DNA from: Opitutales bacterium
Lineage (GTDB): Bacteria; Verrucomicrobiota; Verrucomicrobiia; Opitutales; UBA2987
Direction: 5' to 3'
NCBI GenBank assembly: GCA_965226885.1
Contig: CBDDEL010000016.1
Coordinates: 32,001-96,000 of the forward strand
DNA: 64,000 nucleotides
The notes under the pieces are model-generated. The model ran no database searches. It saw nothing but the letters and a program-made list of their open reading frames with translations, and was not told the DNA's origin. Each line of letters begins with the position of its first letter. Position 1 is the first letter of the stretch. Shown in pieces: positions 1 to 11,299 of the stretch. The translations under genes and the position numbers were made by a program.

Positions 1-134
1 TCGAGGAGAATATTTGCCCCCCATGGGGGGCAACGAGAAAACAAAACCCTTTACCAAAACAAGCCGCCTGACACACTAATCAATAAACAATGAATATAAG
101 AGAATCCCGTGTCCAACAAATCCAGTACACGTCA
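1..134 (+). mobile_element. 3' end of IS3-family element type a (partial, window edge)
   Basis: Near-identical to the end of the copies at 26618-27945 and 51061-52390; ends ...CCAGTACACGTCA. Confidence 0.95.
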
Positions 135-496
135 TGCGGGATTTTGAGTTGCCGGGCATAAATGGGGGCAAGCTGCCCGCCACGGTCCTGAAAATTGAAA
201 AAGTGCCCCTTTCCACGAAAGCGGAGGGCAACACCGAAGCGATCCCGGGCTTGTTCGCCTACTGGTTCGTGAGTGGCGACTCCATCATGGCATCCACCTG
301 GGAGCGTCACATTAAATTGGCCAAGGACCGTCTTTTTGGTTTTAAAACTCACCGCTGGGCTTATGTGTTTGCGCAGACTACGACGGAGGATGGCGAAGAG
401 GCCGGTCTGGCCAGATTGCAAGAGGTGATTGCTCTGACGGTTCCGGAATTTCCAATTGTCGGTTTTGAAGATGGAAAGGCGAATCCCGACGATTAA
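135..496 (+). pseudogene. C-terminal fragment of probable EpsI-like / exosortase-associated protein, cut by IS3
   Basis: LFAYWFV...RWAYV pattern resembles EpsI-family proteins; the ORF start is created at the IS junction. Confidence 0.55.
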
Positions 497-606
497 TTAA
501 TGAGAAACATTTCTACCATCTGCCGCATATAAAATGGTTTGCCCCGGCCGGGCAACCGAGGTATTAAATTGAGCCCTTTTTACAATTCCATCAGTTTGAA
601 GTCGTA

Positions 607-1326
607 ATGAGAATTTTATCCGTATTCCTGTTTTTATTCGTTATTTTTGAATCCCCTATTGCCGCTGCTTCTCTTTTAAAAAAAAAGGATGCGGCTGAAA
701 AAGAGGCCAAACAAGATGCTCGCCTGGAAAAGCGAATGGAAAAAATCAGCGATTATTTTGAACAGGTCATGGATAGCCCGGAATCGAGAATACCGGCCGG
801 CCTTTTACGCAAAGCCAATGGCATCATCATCATGCGCCAATTCAAGGCCGGCCTCGGCATTGGGGTCAAGGGGGGCGGTGGGATCGCCATGGCACGAAAC
901 GGCAAGACCGGCCAGTGGAGCGCCCCGGCCTTCCTCAAAGCCGGGGAGGCCAGCATCGGTCTGCAAATAGGCGGCCAGGTGCTCGATTCGGTTTTTTTAC
1001 TTATGAATGAAGAAGGGATGAGTATTCTTTCCCAAACCCAGTTCCGCATCGGGGTGGACGCGGCGGCCACGGCGGGTCCGCACGGGGTTGAGGCGGAGGC
1101 CAAGTATTCCGGCGATGTGCCTATCCTTGTTTATTCCGATATCGGCGGTCTTTATGCGGGAGCTTCATTCGAAGGCGGTTTTCTACTCCCGGATAACAAA
1201 GCCAATGCCGCCTATTATAATGATGAGGCTATCCTCATGGGAGAAATTCTTTTTAAAAACAAAGTGAAAAAAACGGCTGAAGCTAATGAATTGATCGAGC
1301 TGATCGAGCGGCGCAGTGAAAAATAA
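607..1326 (+). CDS. Lipid-binding SYLF (Ysc84-like) domain protein, secreted
   Basis: Signal peptide; KAGLGIG..GGG, WSAPAF, SIGLQIGGQ, GLYAGASFEG, NAAYY motifs. Confidence 0.9.
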   Translation: MRILSVFLFLFVIFESPIAAASLLKKKDAAEKEAKQDARLEKRMEKISDYFEQVMDSPESRIPAGLLRKANGIIIMRQFKAGLGIGVKGGGGIAMARNGKTGQWSAPAFLKAGEASIGLQIGGQVLDSVFLLMNEEGMSILSQTQFRIGVDAAATAGPHGVEAEAKYSGDVPILVYSDIGGLYAGASFEGGFLLPDNKANAAYYNDEAILMGEILFKNKVKKTAEANELIELIERRSEK

Positions 1327-1361
1327 GCGATTGGGATTGGGTTAAAATAATAAACTCACGC

Positions 1362-1832
1362 ATGATTGAAACGAATTACGAAGGGCTCAATGCTGGCCAA
1401 AAAGAGTTGCTGGACGAGGCGGCCAGAGTCATGGAGACCGCTTATAACCCCTACTCCGGGTTTTTTGTGGGAGCGGCCCTGCGATTGGCGGACGGAAAGA
1501 TTATTAGCGGTTCCAATGTGGAAAACGCCGCTCATGGGTCCATTTGTGCGGAACGGTCGGCCATAGTCCGTGCCAATGCCAAAGGGTGCCGCCATTTTAC
1601 GGCTTTTGCGGTCATTGCCCGGGGAAGCGATTTTGACACGTCCGCGGTTACGGCTCCATGTGGAGCATGCCGGCAAATGCTTTATGAATTCGCTCAATTG
1701 GCTAGCGAAAACATGGAGGCGATCCTTTCCACGACGAAAAAGGACAAAATAATCCTCACCAATATCGAGGAATTGGTTCCACTCGGCTTCGGCCCGCGCG
1801 ACCTCGGCATCGACCTGGAAAAATTTCGCTAA
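1362..1832 (+). CDS. cdd: Cytidine deaminase
   Basis: AYNPYSGFFVGAA, NVENA, CAER, PCGACRQ zinc motifs. Confidence 0.95.
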   Translation: MIETNYEGLNAGQKELLDEAARVMETAYNPYSGFFVGAALRLADGKIISGSNVENAAHGSICAERSAIVRANAKGCRHFTAFAVIARGSDFDTSAVTAPCGACRQMLYEFAQLASENMEAILSTTKKDKIILTNIEELVPLGFGPRDLGIDLEKFR

Positions 1833-1837
1833 CCTAA

Positions 1838-3028
1838 TTAATAAACGAGGATTTCTTCGTTATCGAAATCCGCTTCTCTGGAAGCAGCCCCTTGGCCGGG
1901 TTTCAATGGGTAACGGTAGGTCTTGCCCTGGTAATTCCGCAGGATGATTTCCGTATCGGTGATTTTCTGAACGAATTCGGGATTGAGGGGAATTTTTCCA
2001 CCGCCGCCGGGAGCGTCGATGACTAGTTGAGGCAGTGCATAGCCGGTGGTGTGGCCGCGCAATCCCTGGATGATCTCAATGCCTTTGCTCACCGCTGTGC
2101 GAAGGTGGGCGCTCCCGGTTATGAGATCGCATTGATAGAGGTAATAAGGCTTCACCCGCATCAAAAGGAGCCGGTGCAGGAGCGAGCGCATCGTTTCCAC
2201 GTCGTCGTTAACGCCGCGCAGGAGCACAGACTGATTGCCCAAGGGAACTCCCGCAAAAGACAAGCTCTCACAGGCTTCCTTCAATTCCAGGGTGCATTCC
2301 TTGGGATGGTTGACGTGGATACTCATCCAGACAGGGCCATGTTTGCGAAAAATTTCGCATAATTGCGGAGTGATCCGTTGGGGCAGAAAAATCGGTATTC
2401 TGGAACCGATGCGGATAAATTCCACATGGGAAATAGCCCGCAGGCGTCCCAACAGATGGTCGATCTTGCGGTCGGAGAGCAGCAGGGGGTCGCCCCCGCT
2501 GATGAGGACGTCGCGGATTTCGGGGTGCTCCTCAATGTATTTGAGGCCGCTCTCGAACTCGGGATGAAAATTGTAATCCTGGGCATTGGAAACCAGGCGG
2601 CTGCGGGTGCAATAGCGGCAATAGGCGGCGCACCGGTCGGTCACCAGAAAGAGCACGCGATCGGGATAACGATGAACGAGGCCCTCCACCGGCATTGATC
2701 CCTCCTCACCCACAGGGTCGAGAAGCTCCTCCGGTGAAGTTGTGAGTTCCTCCCCTCTTGGTATTACCTGACGTCGAATGGGGCAATCGGGATCGTTGCC
2801 ATCAATAAGATTGAAGAAATACGGAGTTATTGCCAAAGCCAGTTTCTGATTGGCAAAGCGGCAGCCAGCGATTTCCTCGGGCGTTAAATCGATGAATTTT
2901 TCCAGTTGGCTAGCGCTGGTGATCCGGTTTTTCAACTGCCACCTCCAGTCGTTCCACTGTTCGGCCGGGGTATCGGCCCAAAGCCCCTGGCCTCGATGCC
3001 AATTTGAAATCTGATCTTGAGGATACAT
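1838..3028 (-). CDS. kamA: KamA-family radical SAM enzyme (lysine 2,3-aminomutase-like)
   Basis: HRYPDRVL, CAAYCRYCTR, SGGDPL, NQSVLLRGVND, DAPGGGGKIP. Confidence 0.9.
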   Translation of the reverse strand: MYPQDQISNWHRGQGLWADTPAEQWNDWRWQLKNRITSASQLEKFIDLTPEEIAGCRFANQKLALAITPYFFNLIDGNDPDCPIRRQVIPRGEELTTSPEELLDPVGEEGSMPVEGLVHRYPDRVLFLVTDRCAAYCRYCTRSRLVSNAQDYNFHPEFESGLKYIEEHPEIRDVLISGGDPLLLSDRKIDHLLGRLRAISHVEFIRIGSRIPIFLPQRITPQLCEIFRKHGPVWMSIHVNHPKECTLELKEACESLSFAGVPLGNQSVLLRGVNDDVETMRSLLHRLLLMRVKPYYLYQCDLITGSAHLRTAVSKGIEIIQGLRGHTTGYALPQLVIDAPGGGGKIPLNPEFVQKITDTEIILRNYQGKTYRYPLKPGQGAASREADFDNEEILVY

Positions 3029-3211
3029 AAATCGGGAAACGAAAAGAGCCCGCAGGCGCTCTCAATCCTTGAAATTAATAAACAACCTAAAGAATTGACA
3101 TATATAAAATTGTCAATACGTTTTTATGAAATAATAATCAATCAAAATAAGGTCAAAAGATTGACCCGATTCCATCTCGATTGTTATATTTCAATTAAAC
3201 CGAAAAATAAA

Positions 3212-3574
3212 ATGGCGGCAACGGATGAAGAACTGGCCAAGCAGCTTTGGGCGCTGGGGGATATCGCGCGCCTGAACATCCTGCGTCTGCTACCCCGCGC
3301 GACCAATTGCGAGCACGGCAACAATGTCTCCCAACTGGCGGAAAAGCTGGGTATGACCCAACCGACTGTTTCCCATCACCTGCGGGTTTTGCGCCAGGCC
3401 GGCTTGGTCGATAACAAGAAAATGTGCCGTGACGTGTTTTACTGGGTCGATCCCGAACAGGCCGAAATAGTCCTCACCCACCTGGCCTCGGTTTTCCAAA
3501 TCAGGGAAAGCGGTGGCAGCCAAGACCGGGCCGAGCCCCAACTATCCCAAAGCAAACCTGAGATTCGGTCTTAA
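3212..3574 (+). CDS. ArsR/SmtB-family transcriptional regulator
   Basis: ALGD..RL.IL, VSQLAEKLGMTQPTVSHHLRVLRQAGLV HTH; ATG at 3212 preferred over the ORF-track start at 3017. Confidence 0.9.
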   Translation: MAATDEELAKQLWALGDIARLNILRLLPRATNCEHGNNVSQLAEKLGMTQPTVSHHLRVLRQAGLVDNKKMCRDVFYWVDPEQAEIVLTHLASVFQIRESGGSQDRAEPQLSQSKPEIRS

Positions 3575-3652
3575 GCTGCGGCAAAAATACGCTCGCAGTA
3601 AACAAAAACGGTCCCCTGAGGCCCTTTCTTTATTTTTTTTAAATAAAAATCC

Positions 3653-3684
3653 TTGACCCTGTTGTAGGGTACGGGGGTTAAACT
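3653..3684 (+). promoter_or_regulatory. MerR-type promoter/operator
   Basis: TTGACC, 19-20 bp spacer containing imperfect dyad CCCTGT..ACGGGG, then (T)TAAACT, just upstream of merR. Confidence 0.7.
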
Positions 3685-3692
3685 TTGAGAAA

Positions 3693-4103
3693 ATGGAAAC
3701 AATGACCATAGGGAAAATGGCCTCTAGGGCGGGCGTAGGTATTGAAACGGTGCGGTATTACGAGCGTAAGGGTTTGTTAAATCAGCCAACCCGGTCATAT
3801 ACCGGCTACAGACAATATCGCCAGGAGGCAGTGCAACGCATCCGGTTCATCAAAAGAGCTCAGAAACTGGGCTTTACACTTCGGGAGATTTCCGGGCTAC
3901 TGTGCCTTAGCAGCGATTCCAAAACTACTTGCGAGGACCTGCGCCAGGAAGCTGAGGGAGAAATTAGGAATGTTGAGGAGAAAATCCGAGATTTGGTTAG
4001 GCTGCACGACACGCTTAAAAGTTTGGCCGAAGCATGCGCCTCCGCTGATGGAATTGGCGAATGCCCCATCCTGGATTTTCTGGAAGAAGAGGATATAAAT
4101 TGA
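3693..4103 (+). CDS. merR: Hg(II)-responsive MerR regulator
   Basis: TIG..A..AGVGIETVRYYER.GL HTH, IKRAQ.LGFTL.EI, three Cys (TC, AC, CPI). Confidence 0.88.
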   Translation: METMTIGKMASRAGVGIETVRYYERKGLLNQPTRSYTGYRQYRQEAVQRIRFIKRAQKLGFTLREISGLLCLSSDSKTTCEDLRQEAEGEIRNVEEKIRDLVRLHDTLKSLAEACASADGIGECPILDFLEEEDIN

Positions 4104-4828
4104 AAAAAGTAGAGCTAATATATGAATCTGGTTGCCCGAACGTATTAGAGGTACGGGTTCAATTAAGGAATGCCTTTAAGGAGGCTGGTGCTCCTGGGCA
4201 ATGGATTGAGTGGGAGCGCAGCGATCCCGATGCCCCAGCTTACGCAAAGGATTACGGATCGCCGACGGTTCTTGTGGACGGAAAGGATGTCGCCGGGGTA
4301 TCACCGGTGAAAGAAACCTCCTGCTGTCGTCTTTACGGCGATGGTTCGGGAGGCTTCCAAGGCATGCCCGCCGTATCCTTGATTGTATCCGCATTGCGGC
4401 AATTGGATCACGCGGGCATGGGACATAGGGGAGGTTTATGGGGAGCTTTAGCCAGTGGACCGGGAGCATTGGCCGCATTGGTTCCCGTTGGGTTTTGCCC
4501 ATTGTGCTTGCCCGCCTATGCGGGATTGGTCAGTTCCCTTGGAATCGGGTTCGTGGTAGAAAGCCGATATTTGCTGGCTGCCTTGATTGTGCTCCTGCTG
4601 CCAGCATTATTGATGCTGATATTTCGGGCTTCGTCGAGAAGGGGCTATGGCCCATTTTTTGTGGGAACTATAGGTATCTGCGGAATTTTTTTAGGGAAAT
4701 TTTATTTTCTAAATCCAATGGTGACAACTATCGGTGTTGCTGTGTTGGTTGCCGCCTCTCTCTGGAATGCATGGCCCCAGCGCAAAGATCGCTGCCCCAA
4801 TTGTTCCCCTTTAGAGAATATTCAATAG
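4100..4828 (+). CDS. Thioredoxin-like (DUF2703-like) domain fused to MerC/MerT-like metal transport domain
   Basis: TTG start overlaps the merR stop; GCPN, GSPTVLVDG, CCRLY, then about 4 TM segments with CPLC and a C-terminal CPNC. Confidence 0.75.
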   Translation: MKKVELIYESGCPNVLEVRVQLRNAFKEAGAPGQWIEWERSDPDAPAYAKDYGSPTVLVDGKDVAGVSPVKETSCCRLYGDGSGGFQGMPAVSLIVSALRQLDHAGMGHRGGLWGALASGPGALAALVPVGFCPLCLPAYAGLVSSLGIGFVVESRYLLAALIVLLLPALLMLIFRASSRRGYGPFFVGTIGICGIFLGKFYFLNPMVTTIGVAVLVAASLWNAWPQRKDRCPNCSPLENIQ

Positions 4829-4831
4829 ATC

Positions 4832-5798
4832 TATTAATCCGGCAATTGAATAGTAACAGTTAAGCGGCGTATTGAACATCCCGATGATGGAAGAGTTTTT
4901 TAATCAAAATTGGTTTTCGTTGCCTGCTGCGCAGGTGGGTTCGCAGACTTCCCTGCAACTCAATTTGGCTGCGCGGGGCCGGCAGGTTCTTCAAGTTCGC
5001 TTTGACCGTGTTATTCAAATACTCATCGGGGTTCAATTCGGGACTGTAAGATGGTAGATAAAAAATCCCGATCCTATCGCGGTGGGCTTCAATCCAACCG
5101 ATTACTTTTTTAGCATGATGCACTCTCAGATTGTCCACAATGAGAAAGATTTTCCGTTTGGCTCCTTTGATCAACTGGCGCAGAAATTTGATAAACAGTT
5201 CCACATTCAAGGCTCCCTTGTAAACCATGAAACGCAGCTTTCCACGGTTGGTTATAGTCGAGATCATGCTCGTGCTAAAACGACGCGCACTGCGTTTGGC
5301 AACTGGCGTTTTACCGCGCGGAGCATAACCTCTTCCCCGATGATCTTCGCTACTGATGCCGGTTTCATCTCCCCAGTGGATTTGGGCCTGTTGCGCTTTG
5401 GCTCTGGCTTCGATGGCCGGGTAAGTTTGATCAAGCCACTTCTTAATCGCCTCAGGCTGCTGCTCATAGGCTTGTCTTCGAGGTTTTTGTGGAGTGAAAC
5501 CCCAACGGCGAAGATACTCGCCCACCGTGCGGATCGGCATCTTCAAAGCAAACTGCCTTTCAATCAACTCTTGCACCGCTTGGCGCGTCCACAGGGCAAA
5601 GGGCATCTTAAGCTGGTCGGGTCTCTTATCGGTAATCATTCGGCACACCATGCGCTCTTGTTGGGAGCTCAATCTTCGACATTGGCCCTGCCGACGGCCC
5701 CGTTGTCCAAGCCGCAGGGCTTTTGGCCCTCCATTTCGGTAAAGGGCCCACCATTTGCGCACAGCGCTGATCGATACCTTTAAAACCACGGAAACCTC
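4832..5798 (-). mobile_element. IS630-family element, 5' truncated by IS1
   Basis: WGDETG, IVDNLRVHH, YLPSYSPELNPDE DDE motifs; N-terminus replaced by the IS1 end at 5799. Confidence 0.9.
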
Positions 5799-6032
5799 GG
5801 TAGTGTATAAAAAAAGAATGTTATTTTGTATTTTTAGCTGTACAAATAGCGTTAGGCAGTTTATTCTTAGTGCATGGTTACTAAAATTATTAATTGTCGG
5901 CACTGTGGAAGTGAAAATATCATTAAATTTGGCAAGACGCCCAACCATAAACAGCGCTACCGCTGCCATGATTGTGGTAAACAAAGCCGCGAAAACCCCA
6001 CAGTGAAATACACCGAAGAGCAAAAAGAAATG
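5799..6032 (+). mobile_element. IS1-family type A, left fragment only
   Basis: GGTAGTGTAT end and insA 5' part match the full copies; cut by IS1 type B. Confidence 0.93.
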
Positions 6033-6828
6033 GGTAGTGTTAACATTTTGAATGTTTAAGCTGTACTTTTTAGCGTGATTATGTTGTGAACTGGGAATGG
6101 TCCATATCACAGTAAAATGTCCTCAATGCGGAAGCGATCACATCATCAAGCACGGCAAGGATCCGAAAGGGGTTCAGAAGTATCGATGCAAGGGGTGTGG
6201 TTATCAGTTTCGGCTTCACCCCAAAAGTCGTGAGCATCCTCCGGCGCTGGTCAAGCAGGTGCTCCGTGCGCACCAAAACCGGATGAGCCTGCGTGCCATT
6301 TACCGTACCTTCGGGGTAGCCCCAAAGACGGTCATCGAATGGATTAAAAAAAAGTCCTGAGTTTGCCGAAGCTGGAGTCCACTCTGCTTGCCCGCCAGTG
6401 TAGTGATGTGCTGGAACTGGACGAGGTGTGGTCATTCTGGGGCGATAAGCGTTCGGGGCAGGTATGGCTATGGGTAGCCTTGTGTCGACGTACCCGACAG
6501 GTCGTCGGGTTTTCTCTGGGTGATCGTAGCGATCAAACGTGCTGGCAGTTGTATCACAACATCGCCCAGCCCTATCGCGACTGTGCCACCGTAAGCGATT
6601 ACTGGGAAAGCTACGACAAGGTTTTCCCTCACAACAGCGCCAGCGGGAAACAATCCGGCCAAACCGCCCATATCGAACGCTGGAACAATACCTTGCGACA
6701 GTCCCTGTCACGCTATGTGCGTAAAACGCTGTCATTCTCGAAGTCTTTGGTCATGCATTTTCGCGTCCTGTGCTTGTTCATCTGGGAATACAACAGCAAT
6801 ATCAAACATTCGTCATGTTAACACTACC
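6033..6828 (+). mobile_element. IS1-family type B (insA 6097-6360, insB in -1 frame to 6821)
   Basis: IRs GGTAGTGTTAACA / TGTTAACACTACC; zinc ribbon plus HTH; LDEVWSF, SDYW, HIERWNNTLRQ; A8 slippery run. Confidence 0.93.
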
Positions 6829-7112
6829 CGCTCGACCTCGGTGCCGGCAATATCAAATCCAATCTGACTCGGTGACCACCAAAGCCGCATGGGCTGGATT
6901 CCTCGAGCAGTTTGCGCTTCGAATTCCAAACCATTCAGTCCAATTTGCTTCTGCATTACACGGAAGGAAATACGGACCCGTTTACTCGCAGGAATGAGAC
7001 GCTCCACCTTGGCATAATCATAGGGTTCTTCATCCACGATTTGCAGGACCTGATTTTGGTCATCCCAAGGGTCGCTCACCAGAGATACAGGTGCCCATTG
7101 AGGCAAGTAGAG
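6829..7112 (-). pseudogene. Internal fragment of an unidentified gene stranded between two ISs
   Basis: Open frame (LYLPQWAPV...DEEPYDYAKVER) bounded at both ends by IS termini. Confidence 0.55.
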
Positions 7113-8397
7113 TGATGTGACCGCCGAAAACACTACCATTGCCAGTGAGAGTCTTTCTGGAGAAATTACCGGAAAGACCTATGAAGCAAAAAAGATACAC
7201 CCCTGAACAAATCATAACGATACTGCGCGAAGTAGACGCAGGCAAAGGCATTCAGGATGTCTGTCGGTCCCACAATATCAGTCCTCAAAGCTACCATCGT
7301 TGGCGTAAAAAGTATGGCCGCATGGAGCTGCGTGGCGCCAAGCGGCTGAAGGAGCTGGAGCGCGAAAACACGCAGCTTAAGAAGATAGTAGCCGAGCAGA
7401 TGCTGGAGAACCGTGTGCTCAAGGAGGTGAACGCAAAAAAATGGTAGGCCCGAAGCAGAAAAAGGAAGCGGTGAAGCATGTATTGGCCCAAGGGTCGTGC
7501 TCGCTGCGTCGGGCCTGTCAGTATTTTGGGTTGCACCGCTCAACCTACCTGTATGAACCCAAGAAAGCTACTGAGTATAGGCATAAACTGGTGGCACGCA
7601 TCATTGCCTTTTCGAAGAAGCATCCGCGCTATGGCTATCGTCGGATCCGCGCTTTGTTGGCCCATGAAGGTTGGCCCGTGAGTCGCAAATTCGTCCAAAA
7701 AGTGCGTCGTTTCGAAGGACTGGGTGTGCGCCCGTCTGGCAAGCGCCGTCGCCGGCAGGGCCAATCCACGGCTACCCCGACCCGAGCAGTGCAGCCCAAC
7801 CATGTGTGGAGTTGGGACTTCGTGGCGGATCGCACCGACCGGGGCGGTCCGCTCAGGCTCTTGACACTGATCGATGAACATACCCGTCAATGCCTGGCCA
7901 TTAAGGTTGCGCGCTCACTGAAAAGTGCCGATGTGGTAGAGGTATTGAACGATGCCATAAGAGAGAACGGCAAACCTCAGTGCATCCGCTCGGACAACGG
8001 ATCGGAGTTTATAGCCCACCAAGTCAAAGAAGAACTGCAGCGACAGGAAATTGCCATCGCATACATTGATCCAGGAAGCCCTTGGCAGAATGGACATATA
8101 GAATCCTTTCATAATCGTTTGCGCGATGAATGCCTTAACCAGGAACTGTTCCTGAGCGTGACCGAAGCGCGTGTGGTGGTCGAACAATGGCGACACAAAT
8201 ACAACGCGAAACACCCCCACAGCCGATTAGGCTTTCTCTCCCCAAATACATTTGCCAGACTCTGGCGAACAATCAACAAAGCAGCGGCTGGCTCCATTCG
8301 GCCTACGGCCTCATTGCGCCACCCGCTGCAAAACCTACAATACCAAACCTACGGAAATACTCTCACTTAAAGTGGTAGCAAAGATGGGGTCCGATCA
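7113..8397 (+). mobile_element. IS3-family type b (IS407-like), copy 1
   Basis: TGA..TCA ends; orfA 7181-7447, orfB to 8370 with WSWDF, SDNGSEF, NGHIESF; no matching target duplication. Confidence 0.95.
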
Positions 8398-8516
8398 GGT
8401 TCGGAAAGCAATTGAGTCGGGGGCAAAGCCAGGAATATCAAGGCGAATAGAATCATAGCGCCTCCAAACGGGCCTTCGTTGATGTTGGGCGGGTGGTATA
8501 CTTTTTTTTCACTCAT
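8398..8516 (-). pseudogene. N-terminal stub of a membrane-anchored (possibly TonB-like) protein truncated by IS3
   Basis: ATG at 8516 reads MSEKKVYHPP...ILFALIFLALPPTQLLSE up to the IS end. Confidence 0.4.
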
Positions 8517-8820
8517 GCTGGTTAATTCTCTAATTTTATCTCATCCCTGGGAAAATTCAGGATTTCGAGGTTTGGGTCTAAATCTAAAAAGATATCAAGA
8601 ATAGAATCTGTCAGGTGTTCGTCGGGGTTGTTTTCAATTAATACGGTTCACCCTCCGAAATATTAGAAAATATCGGATAATAGTTCAATTTTTGGCCTTA
8701 ATGCTTACGCTAACTCCAGGTTGATCGTTGCCCTTTTCAAGGATCAGCACCTAATGGAAAATCCTCGTCACACTGGGAAAACTACGCTTTTATCTATCAA
8801 ATCTAGCGGGACTCTTGTAA

Positions 8821-11192
8821 ATGGAAAGCGACCACCAGAGGCATATCGCCGTAATTATGTTCACGGACATCGTGGGCTACAGCGCGCTGGCTCAAAAGAA
8901 CGAAGCCCTCAGCCTTGAACTGCTGGAGGAACACCGGGGATTGCTGCGTCCAATATTCGGACGGTTCGGGGGTAAGGAAATCGAGACCATCGGCGATGCA
9001 TTTTTCCTGGAGTTCACCAGCGCCCTGGAGGCCGCGCCCTGGAGGCCGTAAAGTGCGCCTTCGAAATTCAAAATGCTCTTTTTGGCCGCAACTCCCTGGA
9101 ACCCGGGGAGCGAAAGATCATCCTTCGCATCGGCATCCATCTCGGGGATGTCATGCAAATGGGGGAAAAGGTGCTTGGCGATGGGGTCAACATTGCCTCC
9201 CGCATTCAAACCGCAGCCAGACCCGGTGGCATTTGCATCTCCGACCACGTTTACATGCAGGTGCGCGACAAACTGGAGATGCAGTGGCAATCGCGAGGCG
9301 AGTTGAAACTCAAAAACATCGAGAGACCCATGGAGGTTTTCGATATTATTTTCCCTTGGGAAAAGGAGCAGGCAGCACCACCCAAAAGCAGAGCGAAAAC
9401 AAAATTCGCAGCAGGCAAATACCTTTGGCCCATAATAGCCGTCGCGGCAGTAGTCCTCATAGTGGGTTATTTTTGGAAATTCCCTTCCCGCGAGAGCGCT
9501 CCAACTTACGTTTCCCCTCCCGTCACGGCGGCGCCCGAGTTGCCCCATTACGACTCCATCGCCGTGCTTCCCTTCGAGAACATGAGCAATGACCAGGAAA
9601 ATGTCTATTTCGCGCGAGGCATTCACGAGGATATTTTGACGAGTCTTGCCAAGGTCAAAGCCCTCAAGGTGATCTCCCGAACCTCCGTCATGGAATATGA
9701 GAACAAGACCCGCAATCTGCGAAAAATTGCAGAGGATCTGGGGGTTTCCACTATTCTCGAAGGTAGCGTGCGACGGTCCGGTATGCGTGTTAAAATTACG
9801 GCTCAGTTGATCGATGCGAAGACGGACGAACATCTTTGGGCGGAAAGTTACGACCGGGACTTGACGGATATTTTCGCCCTCCAATCCACCATCGCCGAGG
9901 AAATCACTGGCGCTTTGAAAGCGACTCTCAGCCCGGAAGAAAAAGAAAACCTGGAAAGGCTGCCGACCCAAAGCGGAGAGGCTTACGACATCTATTTGAG
10001 GGCGCGGGACTATCACCTCCAGGCCGTGGCGGATGAAAATGCTGCCGGACAGGCCGAGAGGCTCTATGGACAAGCTATTGGGCGAGATCCGAGTTTCGCG
10101 CTGGCTCATGCTTGGCTGGCCCATTTGCACAGCGAAATGTATTGGCAGTTATCTGTGGACCGCAGTGAGGAGCGATTGCAGAAATTGAAATCGTCGGCGG
10201 ACCGGGCGCTGCAATTGCAACCGGATCTTCCCGAGGGGCAGACGGCCCTGGCCAACTATTATTACTACGGGTTTCGCAATTATGGCCGTGCCCAGGGAAT
10301 TCTGGAGAGAGTACGTGAGTCTCTGCCCAACAACGCCGAAGTGCTTGCCATTCTCTCCTATATCGAGCGCCGCCAGGGCCAATGGGAATTGAGCACGAAC
10401 CATCTTGAAAAAGCGGTCGGCCTGGACCCGCGCAATGTGGATTACAAGTTGCAGTTGGCATTAAGTTACTACCAAATGCGTGACCTTGAGGCCGCCATAC
10501 CTTTATTGGATGAAGCGCTTGAAATACAGCCCGACGCCGTGGGTCTCGCCGTCATAAAGGGCCGTATTTATTTAGGTTTGACCGGGGATACATCTGTAAT
10601 GAAAAAAATCCTGGATGAGATTCCACCTAACCTGGATCCCTATGGCCGGATTAGTAATGGCCGCTTCGTTTTAGATATCTGGGAGCGGGATTTCGAGGGC
10701 GCCCTCCCCTTTATTGAGGCTTTTGCTCAACCTGTCGATGATGGGCAATCATTCGTCAGACATCGGGATCAATACAGGGGCATGCTTTACCACTACATGG
10801 GTGATAAAGAAAAATCCCGCCGGGCCCTGGAGTCGGCTCTGGCCTTTCTGGAACCCGCTTTGGCCGAACATCCAAAGGATGCCCGCTACCATGCATCTAT
10901 CGGGTCTACTTATGCTCTACTGGAACGCAAAGAAGAGGCCATAGAGGCGGGGATCGAAGCGGTGAAACTGATGCCCCAAACCAAAGACGCCTTGGTAGGA
11001 AATGATTACGAACGGAATTTAGCTGGCATTTATGCGAATGTTGGTGAGCCCGACAAAGCCATCGACCTGCTTGAGGATTTGCTCTCCAAACCTGGCAGGT
11101 TGGCCGTACCCGCGCTGCGAAATCTTTGTTATTGGGATCCACTACGCAGCCACCCAAGGTTTCAGGCATTGTTAGCCAAAGACGGCGGATAA
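8821..11192 (+). pseudogene. Class III nucleotide cyclase + TM + TolB-like + TPR protein, frameshifted
   Basis: [39 protein letters not shown], TPRs; 14-bp duplication at 9020-9047 breaks the frame. Confidence 0.9.
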
Positions 11193-11299
11193 ATTTTCTC
11201 CATTAAAAGAATGCTATAATCGAGATAAGTCGCACCGACCCATCGGTTGGGGCGGGATCCCCAAATGTTTTCACCCAAAATTAATCACACTGGAAGGTA

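Noticed and set aside
4860..6110. 416-aa IS630 transposase with a hydrophobic N-terminus
   Set aside because: The N-terminal part is antisense IS1 sequence across a junction.
7130..7137. IS1-like ACACTACC inside the IS3 type b left end
   Set aside because: It is present in both copies as part of the IS3 inverted repeat; an 8-bp coincidence.
11215..11275. Degenerate attC before the Cache gene
   Set aside because: A hairpin-like stretch ends in GTT, but there is no proper RYYYAAC/GTTRRRY pair and no attC after the gene.
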